Assembly (NCBI GenBank): GCA_964016885.1
Contig: OZ024740.1
Location: 47,926,001 to 47,990,000 of the forward strand
Source: Eledone cirrhosa
Taxonomy: Eukaryota
Direction: 5' to 3'
Length of the DNA stretch: 64,000 nt
The notes below the pieces were generated by a model. It was not told where the DNA came from. It saw nothing but the letters and a program-made list of their open reading frames with translations, and did not search any database. Within the stretch, counting starts at the first letter, position 1, and each line of letters begins with the position of its first letter. Both the position numbers and the translations under genes were made by a program. Positions 12,839 through 24,374 of this stretch are shown here, piece after piece.

Positions 12839-13520
12839 GATACCAATGCAACAAACCACAAACCAAACAAGATACTACATCAATAGACAATCAAACCACT
12901 CGCAACAATTTAGCTAAAAACATCTCCCTGTGAATTTCCCGCCTCTCAGCTAATGAATAGAACTTACTACAATGTGGCTCTAGAGCACAGCGGGTTCAAC
13001 GAGCAATAACATACCCCCCTCCAGCCTATAGGGGACTCAGCAGGTTTAAACTTCCGGAAAATTACCTGGTTCAACACTCCACACAATGCCAATATTTCCA
13101 CACCAATAGCTTCGACATCCGTCATACTCCTTAAAAGGCAGGCCCTCTTCAACTCTGATATCATAAAATATTCTTTAGAAACATCATTAAATTCAAAACT
13201 GGATTTTATTTCTACGGATACATCTTTCATAACCCAGCCTGGTAAAAGGCCATGACACTTTTGAACCACAGTTGGCACCTTTCAATATTCAAGCACGTGT
13301 GTTACGTGTTATCGCACCTTTCAAGATGCAATGGAGTATCATATTCAAGGCCAAACCCTACACTGGGGAAGCAATCTGTGCAACCTTTGTTCCGAAGGAA
13401 CCATATACATATTGGAAGCCAATTAATCAATCTTAATAAAAAGGAAAAAAATCCGAACTCGTCGCATAGGATTTAAGAAACATGTCATCCACAAACGCGT
13501 ATACCACCCCAGAGGTAAAA
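12839..13520 (+). mobile_element. Decayed Penelope-like element fragment (RT C-terminus/linker to GIY-YIG)
   Basis: YINRQSNH and KITWFNTPHNANISTPIA (cf. the PLE RKIIWFNPP motif), later HIGS; frameshifted. Confidence 0.6.
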
Positions 13521-13570
13521 TACGTTGTTACTATAATGCGCACACACACATACATACGTACATACATACA

Positions 13571-13636
<66 letters not shown>

Positions 13637-13641
<5 letters not shown>

Positions 13642-14441
13642 AGCGGAGCAAGCGGTTATCAAACAATTCTCTAAATAAATTAAAAAACGATTTAAATAAT
13701 CACCTGTTCTATTGCTGTTACCGACGGTTTCACCATTCCAAAAATTGGAAATCCAGAGAATTTCCAATGGAAAGAAATGGATCTTCAGACAGCTTATTTC
13801 CATACTATAAGGTTGCCAGCCTTACAGTAAGTAAATATTTCGCTTCCTGCCCAACGCATGCGGTCAAGCCGTTAAAATGACACACACGCAAAATCAGGTC
13901 GCAGATAATAGCTGTTTATTATAAACGTGTTGATATTGCCACTAAAATTAGCAGCATTATTCAACGTTTTGTTCTCTACATAAGGAGAAAAATTATATAG
14001 AGAACAAAACGTTGAATAATGCTGCTAATTTTAGTGGCAATATCAACACGTTTATAATAAACAACTATTATCTGCGACCTGATTTTGCGTGTGTGTCATT
14101 TTAACGGCTTGACCGCATGCGTTGGGCAGGAAGCGAAATATTTACTTACTGTAAGGCTGGCAACCTTATAGTATGGAAATAAGCTGTCTGAAGATCCATT
14201 TCTTTCCATTGGAAATTCTCTGGATTTCCAATTTCTGGAATGGTGAAACCGTCGGTAACAGCAATAGAACAGGTGATTATTTAAATCGTTTTTTAATTTA
14301 TTTAGAGAATTGTTTGATAACCGCTTGCTCCGCTCTTTTTATATTGTTCTGGTATCTCAAATTAGTACCATCGAACCACAAATATTATAAACACCTTGCA
14401 TATTTCTACAAGTACTTAGTGCCTGTTGAGGTATTCATCCA

Positions 14442-14445
<4 letters not shown>
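13637..14445. mobile_element. Fold-back HHR element: ~340-bp arms (13637-13978 / 13998-14339) plus 3' tail
   Basis: Near-perfect inverted repeat (2 mismatches seen), ~20-bp spacer, (TA)n on both sides. Confidence 0.92.
14183..14262 (+). ncRNA. Type I hammerhead ribozyme (mirror copy at 13714-13793 on minus)
   Basis: gctgt-CTGAAGA-t-ccatt..long stem II..aatgg-t-GAAA-CC gtc GG-TA-acagc. Confidence 0.87.
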
Positions 14446-14509
<64 letters not shown>

Positions 14510-14514
<5 letters not shown>

Positions 14515-15506
14515 GTGTTTTGCAACGGGTCACTTTGTGGCTCAATAAAGAGTTAATAAATTAAATAATCACAGCTATATATCATAAAACATGTCTATAG
14601 AATCACCAGATAAAATATATACCATTTCCTCTCCCAATTAGCATAATTAACCATATAAAAAATCGATTAGACCAAGCTAAAGGCTTCTATGAAGAAATCT
14701 CCGACAAATAACCGAAAGCAGCCCTTCGCGTCAGTTGCAACGGAATATTTATCGAGTATTTCGACAGCTTGTATGAATCGCCCAGATATACAGTCAATTA
14801 AACAGAATTAGGTGGAAAATAAACTAGAAGAAAAGTGAACACATTTAGTTACCGCTACCATGGTTTCGCCCGCATTTTAAGATATCCGATAGCATTGGAC
14901 ACCTAGAGCACTGGACTCTTCAGGAAGTTAGCTCAAATTTAGACAATAAGTTTTCCAAAGTGATCGCGCCAAGAATACATTCAAAAATGGCTAAGAATCG
15001 TGACGTAGCAGCGGTCAGGTTAGAAAGGATGTGAATAGTTGCTTACGGCTGGTGGCTTTTTGCTAGAAAGCGCAGCACAATACAGCCAAAATTTTATCTC
15101 AACCTTACGGGAGATTATTATATCACTTTGGAAAACTTATTGTCTAAATTTGAGCTAACTTCCTGAAGAGTCCGGTGCTCTAGGTGTCCAATGCTATCGG
15201 ATATCTTAAAATGCGGACGAAACCATGGTAGAGGTAACTAAATGTGTTCACTTTTCTCCTAGTTTATTTTACACCTAATTCTATTTGACTGTATATCTGG
15301 GCGATTCATACAAGCTGTCGAAATACTCGATAAATATTCCGTCGCAACCGCCGCGAAGGGCTGCTTTCGGTTATTTGTCGTAGATTTCTTCATAGAAGCC
15401 TTTATTCTTATAGCTTGGTCTAATCGATTTTTTTATATGGTTAATTATGCTAATTGGGAGAGGAAATGATATATATTTTATCTGGTGATTCTATAGACAT
15501 GTTTTA

Positions 15507-15510
<4 letters not shown>
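14510..15510. mobile_element. Fold-back HHR element, family A copy 1
   Basis: 14577-14965 is inverted at 15122-15510; flanked by (TA)n; homologous to 16027-17228 and 38711-39800. Confidence 0.9.
15158..15235 (+). ncRNA. Type I hammerhead ribozyme, canonical core, long loop II (mirror copy ~14850-14930 on minus)
   Basis: acttc-CTGAAGA-gtccg..cggac-GAAA-CCATGG-TA-gaggt. Confidence 0.88.
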
Positions 15511-15564
<54 letters not shown>

Positions 15565-15686
15565 TTTTCCGTTTATCGTTTTCGGTGCACCCGGCCGATT
15601 AACCCACTCGATATGCAAATTGAGCTACTCAGCTGTTAATATGCATAAGGTAAGTATATACGTTCAACAATCTGGCAGGAAGGCAT

Positions 15687-15729
15687 ACGTTGCTGACGAT
15701 AGCTAATAAGCTTGAAACTAGTACAGCGT
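15687..15729 (+). ncRNA. Minimal type I hammerhead ribozyme
   Basis: acgttg-CTGACGA-t-agct aata agct-t-GAAA-CTAG-TA-cagcgt; palindromic stem III ACTAGT. Confidence 0.85.
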
Positions 15730-15990
15730 TCCTTTGTCAGTGTTGAACAAACGAGCAACGATGGTTGCTGGACACTACGGCTTAATACGGGATGTTTGTT
15801 TACAAACACACCGAGCATTATAATAAATGTTCGGTGAATCCATACGTACATATATATATGTGTGCATGTATGTATATACATATACATACTACTGTACATC
15901 TGTATACATATATGTATGTACATTTACATACTTATATTTAAGTAACAGCCGTACTAAGAGTGGGAAATGAAATTTCTTTTCATTTTTTCC

Positions 15991-16026
<36 letters not shown>

Positions 16027-16030
<4 letters not shown>

Positions 16031-17222
16031 TAAATAATGTCTTTAGAATCATCAGATATTAAAATATATACTATTTCTTCTTCTAATTAGCATAATTAAC
16101 CATATACAAAATCAAATCTAGCAAGCTTTAAGAATAAATTTTCTTATGGGGAAATCTCTGACAAACAATCGATCGTAGCCTCTTCGCGGCAGCCCCGTTC
16201 CATTATTTATCGAACATTTCGACAGCATGTAGACTCCGACTAAATATACCATCAACCACACACAATTAGTAGTAAAATTAAACTTAGAAGAAATGCGCAC
16301 ATACCGTAATTATATCTCTACCGTAGTTTCTTCCTTATTTAGGACATCCAAAATAATATGAATTTCCAGAGTTAGGTTTCATAAGGAGATAAACTCAAAA
16401 TCAGACATTTAGTCTTTCAATCCGATCCCGCCAAATTTAGATTCAAAAATGGCTAAAAATCGCTATGTAGCTGTGTTCCAGTCAGAGAGAAAGAGTGTGA
16501 TTGGTTGCTTACGGCGGGTAGGCTTGCTGCTAGAAAGCGCAGCCATATATCGCCAAATTTAATCTCAACCAATTGGGAGATTATTAAATATAAAGGTTAT
16601 CATATACATAAAATTAAAGATATATATATGTTGCAACTGTTCACTTTTAAGCTCTATGAAGAATTAATACAGCTACATAGCGATTTTTAGCCATTTTTGA
16701 ATCTAAATTTGGCGGGATCGGATTGAAAAACTAAATGTCTGATTTTGAGTTTATCTCCTGATGAAACCTAACTCTGGAAATTCATATTATTTGGTTGTCC
16801 TAAATAAGGAAGAAACCATGGTAGAGATATAATTACGGTATGTGCGCATTTCTTCTAAGTTTAATTTTACTACTAATTGTGTGTGGTTGATGGTATATTT
16901 AGTCGGAGTCTACATGCTGTCGAAATGTTCGATAAATAATGGAACGGGGCTGCCGCGAAGAGGCTACGATCGATTGTTTGTCAGAGATTTCCCCATAAGA
17001 AAATTTATTCTTAAAGCTTGCTAGATTTGATTTTGTATATGGTTAATTATGCTAATTAGAAGAAGAAATAGTATATATTTTAATATCTGATGATTCTAAA
17101 GACATGATTTATGATATAATGCTCTGATTTTTTGATTTTAATTTATTAATTCTTCATAGAGCTTAAAAGTGAACAGTTGCAACATATATATATCTTTAAT
17201 TTTATGTATATGATAACCTTTA

Positions 17223-17228
<6 letters not shown>
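16027..17228. mobile_element. Fold-back HHR element, family A copy 2
   Basis: 16027-16473 is inverted at 16669-17115; HHR at 16752-16829 (tatctc-CTGATGA..GAAA-CCATGG-TA-gagata, weak stem II); 16583-16668 is the reverse complement of 17143-17228. Confidence 0.9.
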
Positions 17229-17304
<76 letters not shown>

Positions 17305-20031
17305 GGAAAAATTTGAACAGGGACAAAACAGAGAGGCAGTACAACGAATGTTTATTAATTTCACGCTCTGGAGAGTGGGGTGTTGGTGGGGGACGACGTT
17401 TCGGGCATAAGCCCTTCCTCAGGTGAGAATTGTGTGGGAGCAGAGTTCAAAGAGTGTGTAGGGGAGTGGTGGAGAGACATATAGCGAAAGGAAACGGTGC
17501 GAATGAAAAAATAAAAAATAAAGATAAAAATAAAAATAAAGCATGATCAAAATACAAGGAATGAGATAAATTTAAAAATAAAGGCATGATCAAAATAAAC
17601 TGAAATTAAAAGGGGGGTAAACAGGTGGTGGAAGGGTGTGGGGTGTGTAGGGGTGGTGGTGGGTGGAGTGGGGAAAGGGAGACGGGGTGTCCGAGCGGGG
17701 AGGGCTGAAGGTGGTGTGTGTGTGTAGGTGTGCGTGTGTGTGTGTGTGTGTATGTGAAAGTAAGGGTTGCGGGAAGAACGGGGTTGCATGTTCAGGAAGA
17801 GGTGTGTGTGTGTGGGGGGGTCGGAGTGTCTGTGCGTGTGTGGATAGAGGGGTGGGGGGAGAGGAATCAGGAGGCTGAGGGTGTAAATATGTGGTGGAAA
17901 GCACGTGTGTGTGGGGTTTAAGCGTGTTGTAGTTGTAGGTGGCGTGTGGAGAAAAAAAATTTTTGGGGGTGTGTGTGTGGGTGAGTTATATAGGTGATTA
18001 CGTAAGAGGATGGTTGAAAAGTTGGTAAATTCCGAAGATGTTTAGTGGATTGGTTGTTGGTCAATTTCTGCGTGTGGGTATTCCATGAAGTGATGGTCGG
18101 AAGAGGAGAGATGTGGGGTGCGCGCGCAACAGGAAGTGGTCAGCAGTGGGAGTGCTGTGGTCTGTTTGTGCTGGGAGGTGGTCAGAGGGCATAGCAGCAG
18201 TCGGTGGAATGGTAAAGGGGCGAGGATGGGTAGGTGTGAAAGTTGGAGTGAGGAGGGTGTGTGTGTGTGTATTAGTAGGAGTGTTAGTGGGATGAGTGAG
18301 TGTGGAGCGAGAGTGTGGGTGGAGCGGGGAGAGAAGGGTGTGTGTGGTTCTATGGAGGGAGTGTGGTGTACTGGTGTGTGTGTAGTTTGATGAAGAGGTG
18401 TTAGTGGGTGTTAGTATACGGGAGGTGAGGAGGGGTTGAATGCAGGTGTGAGTGGGGGTTAGTGGTGGTAGGGTGTGTAGAGTTGGTGGTGTACGAGGGT
18501 GTGTGGGTACGTGTGCGTGGGGTTGTGGGGTGTTAGTGATGTTAGTTGCGTGTGGGGTGGGTGGTGTAAGTGGGTGCGTGTGTTCGTGTGCTTGGGGTTA
18601 GGGGGTGTTAGTGAGGTTAGTTGCGGGGTGGTGGGATGGAGGTGTGGGGGTGAGAGGGTGGGGGTGAAGGTTAGTGGTGGTAGTAGGGTGTGTGTTTAGT
18701 GTGAGCGCGTGTATATATGTGCCGGTGGGTGTGTGCGTGTGATAAGAAGGGGGGAGGAGGAGGAGAGGGGAGGGAAGGGATGTTAGTATGTTAGTTGGGG
18801 AAGGGTGGTCAGATGAGAGGTGGAGTGGAGGTGTTAGTATTGTTAGTTGTGGAGTGGGCGGTGAAAAGGAGGGGTGTGTTAGTGGGGGATAAGTGTGGGG
18901 GGAGGGGGGCGGTCGAAGGCTAAAGGAATAAGGGTGGGGAGTTCAGGCCGGGGGGAGTGTGGGTCTGTAAGATGAAGATAGTACGTTGTTCGACCGTAAG
19001 GCGATTGGCGGGTGTTCCGTGGCACTGGAGTAGACCACAGACTGTGAGATGGCGTGCGGAATGTCCAGGGCCACCAAAGTGGCGGGCGATGGGGGAACTG
19101 CCCCCCGAGACGAATATCCCGGAGGTGCTCCGTGACTCGGTCCGCCAGGCGACATCCCGTCTGTCCGACATAAGTCGCGCTGCACTCCGTGCAGCGAAGT
19201 CCGTAGACTAGGTTGGAGGCGGTGCAGCGGAAGGCATGCCGGACCGAGAGAGAGTGGCCGTTGGGACCCTGGAAGGTGGTGGTGTTGGTGATGTGGGGAC
19301 AGGTGTTGCAGCGGGGCCTAGAACAGGGAAAGGAACCGGGGGGGAAGAACAGAGCGTGGGTTGGGGGGTAGGGAGCTGTGGACGAGGAGGGTGCGGAGAT
19401 TGCGTGCGCGTTTGAAGGAGGGGAGTGGTGGGGTTGGGAAGATGTGGGAGGTGGAGGGGTCGGACTGGAGGCGTCGGAAGAGGCGGCGGATGGTGCGGTG
19501 GAGGGGTGCGGTGGAGGGGTGGTAGGTGATGGGGAAGGGGAGACGGTGGGTGGGTGTGCGGTGGCGTGGGGTGAGGGTGGTGGAGCGGGGGACAGCACGG
19601 GCGCGGGTGAGAGCGGTGTGGACGAGAGGGAGGGGGGAGGTAACCTCTGCGGATGAAATGGCTGACTAGGGAAAGGGCCTGGGACTCAAAGTCAGCATCA
19701 CGGCTACAGAGGCGGTGGATCCTGAGAAGTTGGGAGTAGGGAATGGAGTGTTTAGTGTGGGTGGGGTGGGAAGAGGTGAAGTCGAGGTAAGAGTGGGAGT
19801 CGGTGGGTTTGAAGGAGGCGGAGGTGACGAGGGAGTGGTCGAAGGCGACGGAGATGTCTAAGAAGTGGACGTGGGTGGTGGAGATAGAGGTGGTGAAGTG
19901 GAGGGAGGGGTGGAAGGAGCAGAAGAAGGAGAGAAAGGAGTCGAGCTGTTCTCGGGTGAGGGTCGTGGCTCGTACAGTTCGGGCGTGGGGCCGGTGTACT
20001 GGGCAAAGATTTGGGCCTCAACATGGCCAAC
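17305..20031 (-). mobile_element. 5'-truncated Penelope-like element (Neptune-type): RT C-terminus + GIY-YIG endonuclease + C-rich 3' region + HHR
   Basis: Frameshifted FLDI..FKPTDSHSYLDF.SSHP..SIPYSQLLR..RLCS; CSRPRCNTCPHI; NLVYGLRC..YVGQTG..RVTEHL; SPIARHF..PPGLN; flanked by (TA)n. Confidence 0.9.
17393..17425 (-). ncRNA. Minimal PLE-type hammerhead at the element 3' end
   Basis: CTGAGGA-a-gggc ttat gccc-GAAA-CG-TC; stem I only ~2 bp. Confidence 0.7.
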
Positions 20032-20065
20032 TATATATATATATATTATAGAAACAAACGTGCAT

Positions 20066-20096
<31 letters not shown>

Positions 20097-20689
20097 CACA
20101 CACGTAAATATACGTATATATACATTCATGTGTGTTTATGGCCAAGATTCTGGGATATATTTCCCAAGAACCTCTAGCGTGGGAATCAGGTACCCGACCT
20201 CTTGTCCCGGGTGTACTAGAATTGGTCATTTCTCACCAACATTGTAATGTTTGCTGCCGTTCTTATAAACTCTGCATCTTGCCCGGATACTCTCTTTTAT
20301 ATTGTAATTAGAGTTTCTGCCTTTTAACGACTAAACATGGCTGTAGATTTCATTTGATGTCATCCGCCAGGGTTTCAGAAATTCAACAAGTTTTTGCATC
20401 ATGATTTAAAATCGGCTTTGAACCGTTTACAGGTGTTGGCGTGAAAAGGTGAAAAGAATGCAGATTGCTTTTCTTAGATGAGCTAAAATTATACTGCGTA
20501 GGTTCATGTGTATCTATCTATTATGTGTGTGTGTGTGTTTACCAATGTTTGCACCGGTCTAAAAGCAAATGTACTTGAGGTTATGCATCTTTATATCTGT
20601 AAATTCAGCACTAAACAATAAGAGACCGATAAAATAGTTACAAGACTGAAATAAGTACTAGAGTTGAACAATTATCGTATGCGAAGACC

Positions 20690-21174
20690 GAATGTACGAA
20701 GCGCCGAGGGAATAAAGTTTATAGAAGATGCAGTATGCTTAGACGCAGGAAATAACTATAAAATAGAGACGGAAGAAGTTGACAGTGGCCACTACGAGAG
20801 ATCGAACATTGTATCTCTCAGATACCGACTGAGAGCTCTAGACGTGTTTACCCAATTTTATAAGCTATTCTATAATTATTTCCTGTGCTTGAAATTATTA
20901 CATCTTATATAAACTTTATTCCCTCAACGCTTCGTGAGTTCAAAAGTTCGGGCTTTGCATGTTTGTTTACATTTTCAAAAGCTGTTAGATTCAGTTCCTT
21001 AATTTAGACGATGGGATGTTGTCAGAACTCAATAGTTAGAGCACTCCACGGTATCTGAGAGATACGAGGTTCTATCCCTCGTAGCGGCCGTTGTCAACAT
21101 CTTCTGTCGCTAAGGGTGTCTACCATATTTTATAAGATATTTTATAGTTATTTCCTGCGTCTGAGTATACAACT

Positions 21175-21180
<6 letters not shown>
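20690..21180. mobile_element. Inverted plus partially tandem element containing tRNA-Thr(GGT)-like modules
   Basis: tRNA-like at 21018-21090 (+; T-arm cgagg ttctatc cctcg) and 20785-20845 (-; anticodon arm ctcag tcggtat ctgag, ttcgatc); 20845-20890 is repeated at ~21116-21160. Confidence 0.6.
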
Positions 21181-21233
<53 letters not shown>

Positions 21234-21404
21234 GACAGTCGATTGACTTTCGTCAAATCGGACCGAGGAAACAATGTTTCCATTGGTCTTTCCAATTGCT
21301 AATACTATCTATCGGTCGCAACTCCATATATATATGACAAATTTAATATAGAAATGTATTGAGTACCTTACTTACTGTGGTTACCCCCGATTGAACCCAG
21401 GACT

Positions 21405-21446
<42 letters not shown>

Positions 21447-23633
21447 GGTTGAACAATGAAAACAAAAATGACGAGGTTCAGTGCTTAATTAAATCTATTG
21501 TTTTACGATTGTTTCAAAGGATGATTTGTCAATATATTGAAATTATTTTAGCAGCATGGTGTATAAATGTTATTGAGACACGAGTAACATAATAATAATG
21601 TCAACAGCAGAAATTAGAGATGAAATGTATGTTTATTTTTGTTGTAGCACAAATAATTGTTTCTACTTTAGGCACAAGGCCAGCAATTACCCAGTGCATT
21701 ACTGGTACTTTATTTTATCGACCCCGTAAGGATGAAAGGCAATTGGTTAACTTGTATGGTTGAAGTTACACATAAAAATGAGGTTACAAAAGGGAATGTG
21801 CCATTGCGCCGGAAAGCCGGCAGGCTAGGGTGCAATATCTCACCGTCACATGTACGTGTTGCTGGTTCGAAGTTCCTGGTGCGAGAGAGAGATTCTTCAA
21901 ATCTTCGCGGGTAATTTCTCCCTCAGGACGCGTAGGGATACATCCTCTTCTACTGGCGCTGATTGGCTGAGCTGAGCCAAATCACGCACAGAGAATGTAT
22001 GTGAGCCCGCGGAATGTAGGTCACTACAATACTCCCCTCCTAGACGGAAGTCGATACAGATTATTGAATCAGCAAGAACAAATGCTGAAAGAGCACATCA
22101 GTGAAAAAATAATTGAGCAGAAGGATGCATGCAAGAAAAAAAATGAGGCGCTAAGGGCCGTGTTGAGCCGCTGTGTCAAATGACTAGCTGTTTTGTAGTT
22201 TATACGTGACCACCAAAGGTCTAACAGAAAACGGATAAAGTCTGACATGGGCGAAGTTGCTGTTCTTGCATTAAATGTTAATGGTAAGTGCTGTACCAGT
22301 AGCTGTGGATGAAGCTATTATGGTAGTTTACCAGTGCTGGCAAGAAGATGATGGGTAGGCGAGAAAATGTTGGCCTCCCAGATGTATTGCCGAATGTGCT
22401 AGGGAGCCAGGAAAAAATGGCTGGTTGCTTTGAAAAGAAAAAAAGCAAGTTGAATCTGTAGGTGGGTTGCAGTTCCATAATTCGGGCGAATCCACAGAAG
22501 TGGTGGAAATGCTGACAAGTCCAGTTCTATTTGTTGTTTTCCCAGTGAGTTGGGTAAGGTAACAACATAGAGGTTGTTATGGACGATGAGTGTGCAACGA
22601 GATGCGAAACTGTTTGAGTTCAGCTGCAATTAGCATTCTCGTGTTGCGGTGCCTGTTTGAATCCAGGTGAATTAAGCTCTATGAGTCGCTAGCATGTGAC
22701 GGCACCTCAACCAGGTGAAAAGGGATCTCGCAGAATATTACGTTTGAAGAACATATACTAAGAACAACATGTTGGTAGGTGACAAAGAAATGTGTGCATA
22801 TGCAGGCATGTAAAACAGCAAAGGATGTGAATGAATAAAAACCATGAGCAAGCAAATAGCAAAAGAGCACAAAACAAGTAAATGCATTTTACAAAGAAAT
22901 ATGTGAATGTAACAAACTGATAATTCAAAGTCAATATAAGGGAGCAGAGAAATTAATGCTCAATGATAAGTTCAAAGTTTTTCAAAGTAAAATAGTTCAC
23001 ACATCACCAGTGTACAGACTTTCTGACACTAGTTCTATCTGAAAACTGAAAAAGAAGTTTGTTAATGCCACTAGTGGTTAGATGTATATTGTTTTTGAGA
23101 GTTTTCGTGGCCACCTTGTGTGACATAAGGTTGTGTTGCTTGTTTGTATTGCAGGAAGCCGTATCGAAAGAAAAAAAAATGTCTGCGGGCTATAATTTTG
23201 AAAATACATGTGAAAGCATAGAAGTAAACAATATGATGTGTGGTGGTTGCGTCGGTAAGGCTATGAAGCTGCCATATCACTATTCCCTGTTGTTGGTTAG
23301 TGGTTAAACAATGTTGTCGCTGCTGCTGCTGTTGTTGTTGATTGTAGACAGGACTTGTCGGTAGCCATTTTGAAAATTCCTCGTGGCGAAAAGTTTTTGA
23401 AATACTGCTAATTTTTTTAAAATTTTAAAAGGAATATTTTGTATTTACAATATTCCTCACGTCAGGTCACCAGTGTGGTAAAATGATGTATCCTAGTAGG
23501 ATTGTTTATCGACATAGACGTGAGGGAATGTCCCTCGTCTATTTACCATTTTTGTATTTTCGTAAGTTGCGAAAAGGTTGGCAACGTGGTAATAACAGTG
23601 AAGTTCAACTGAATAAAAAGGCTACATAAAATT

Positions 23634-23651
23634 ATCACGTCGGGGTCACCA
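23634..23651 (-). promoter_or_regulatory. Primer-binding site complementary to the tRNA-Trp 3' end
   Basis: Plus strand reads atcacgtcggggtcacca, matching the 3' end of eukaryotic tRNA-Trp(CCA); it abuts the LTR. Confidence 0.85.
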
Positions 23652-23761
23652 GTTTTAACAGCATGGTGTATAAATGTTATTGAGACACGAGTAACATAAT
23701 AATGATGTCAACAGCAGAAATTAGAGATGAAATGTATGTTTATTTTTGTTGTAGCACAAAT

Positions 23762-23950
23762 AATTGTTTCTACTTTAGGCACAAGGCCAGCAATTACCCA
23801 GTGCATTACTGGTACTTTATTTTATCGACCCCGTAAGGATGAAAGGCAAAGTCAACCTCGGCGGGATTTGAACTCAGATCGTAAAGGGACATAACCATGC
23901 TGGAAAGCATGGCGTCCGATCCTCTACCGATACTGCCAATCCACCGCCCT
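23762..23950 (-). mobile_element. Nin-type SINE nested in the LTR
   Basis: TSD ttgttgtagcacaaataat on both sides. Confidence 0.9.
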
Positions 23951-24374
23951 TGTTGTAGCACAAATAATGTTGGTTAACTTGTATGGTTGAAGTTACACAT
24001 AAAAATGAGGTTACAAAAGGGAATGTGCCATTGCGCCGGAAAGCCGGCAGGCTAGGGTGCAATATCTCACCGTCACATGTACGTGTTGCTGGTTCGAAGT
24101 TCCTGGTGCGAGAGAGAGATTCTTCAAATCCTCGCGGGTAATTTCTCCCTCAGGACGCGTAGGGATACATCCTCTTCTACTGGCGCTGATTGGCTGAGCT
24201 GAGCCAAATCACGCACAGAGAATGTATGTGAGCCCGCGGAATGTAGGTCACTACATTATCATGGTTAATTTCACCCTTTGAAACAAACGTAAAACTCAAC
24301 CTCATCGTCTTTTGTTCTTCATTGTTCAGCCCATGTATCTGTCTCTGTAGTTCTTTGAATATGCAAAGTCACCA

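Larger units (their letters stand above)
21546..24255 (-). mobile_element. Non-autonomous LTR retroelement (two LTRs, ~1.6 kb internal region, no recognisable pol)
   Basis: Near-identical LTRs at 23652-24255 and 21546-22028 starting TGTAGTGACC; PBS tggtgaccccgacgtgat; PPT aggaggggag just before the 3' LTR. Confidence 0.88.

Noticed and set aside
16118-17024. Identical 60-aa ORFs on both strands (also 13531/14173)
   Set aside because: Consequence of the inverted repeats; no motif, and no matching ORF in family A copy 1.
18879-19598. Proline-rich extensin-like protein
   Set aside because: Frameshifted part of the PLE ORF.
21018-21090. Functional tRNA gene
   Set aside because: Acceptor and anticodon stems are disrupted and the T-loop is mutated; treated as repeat-borne.
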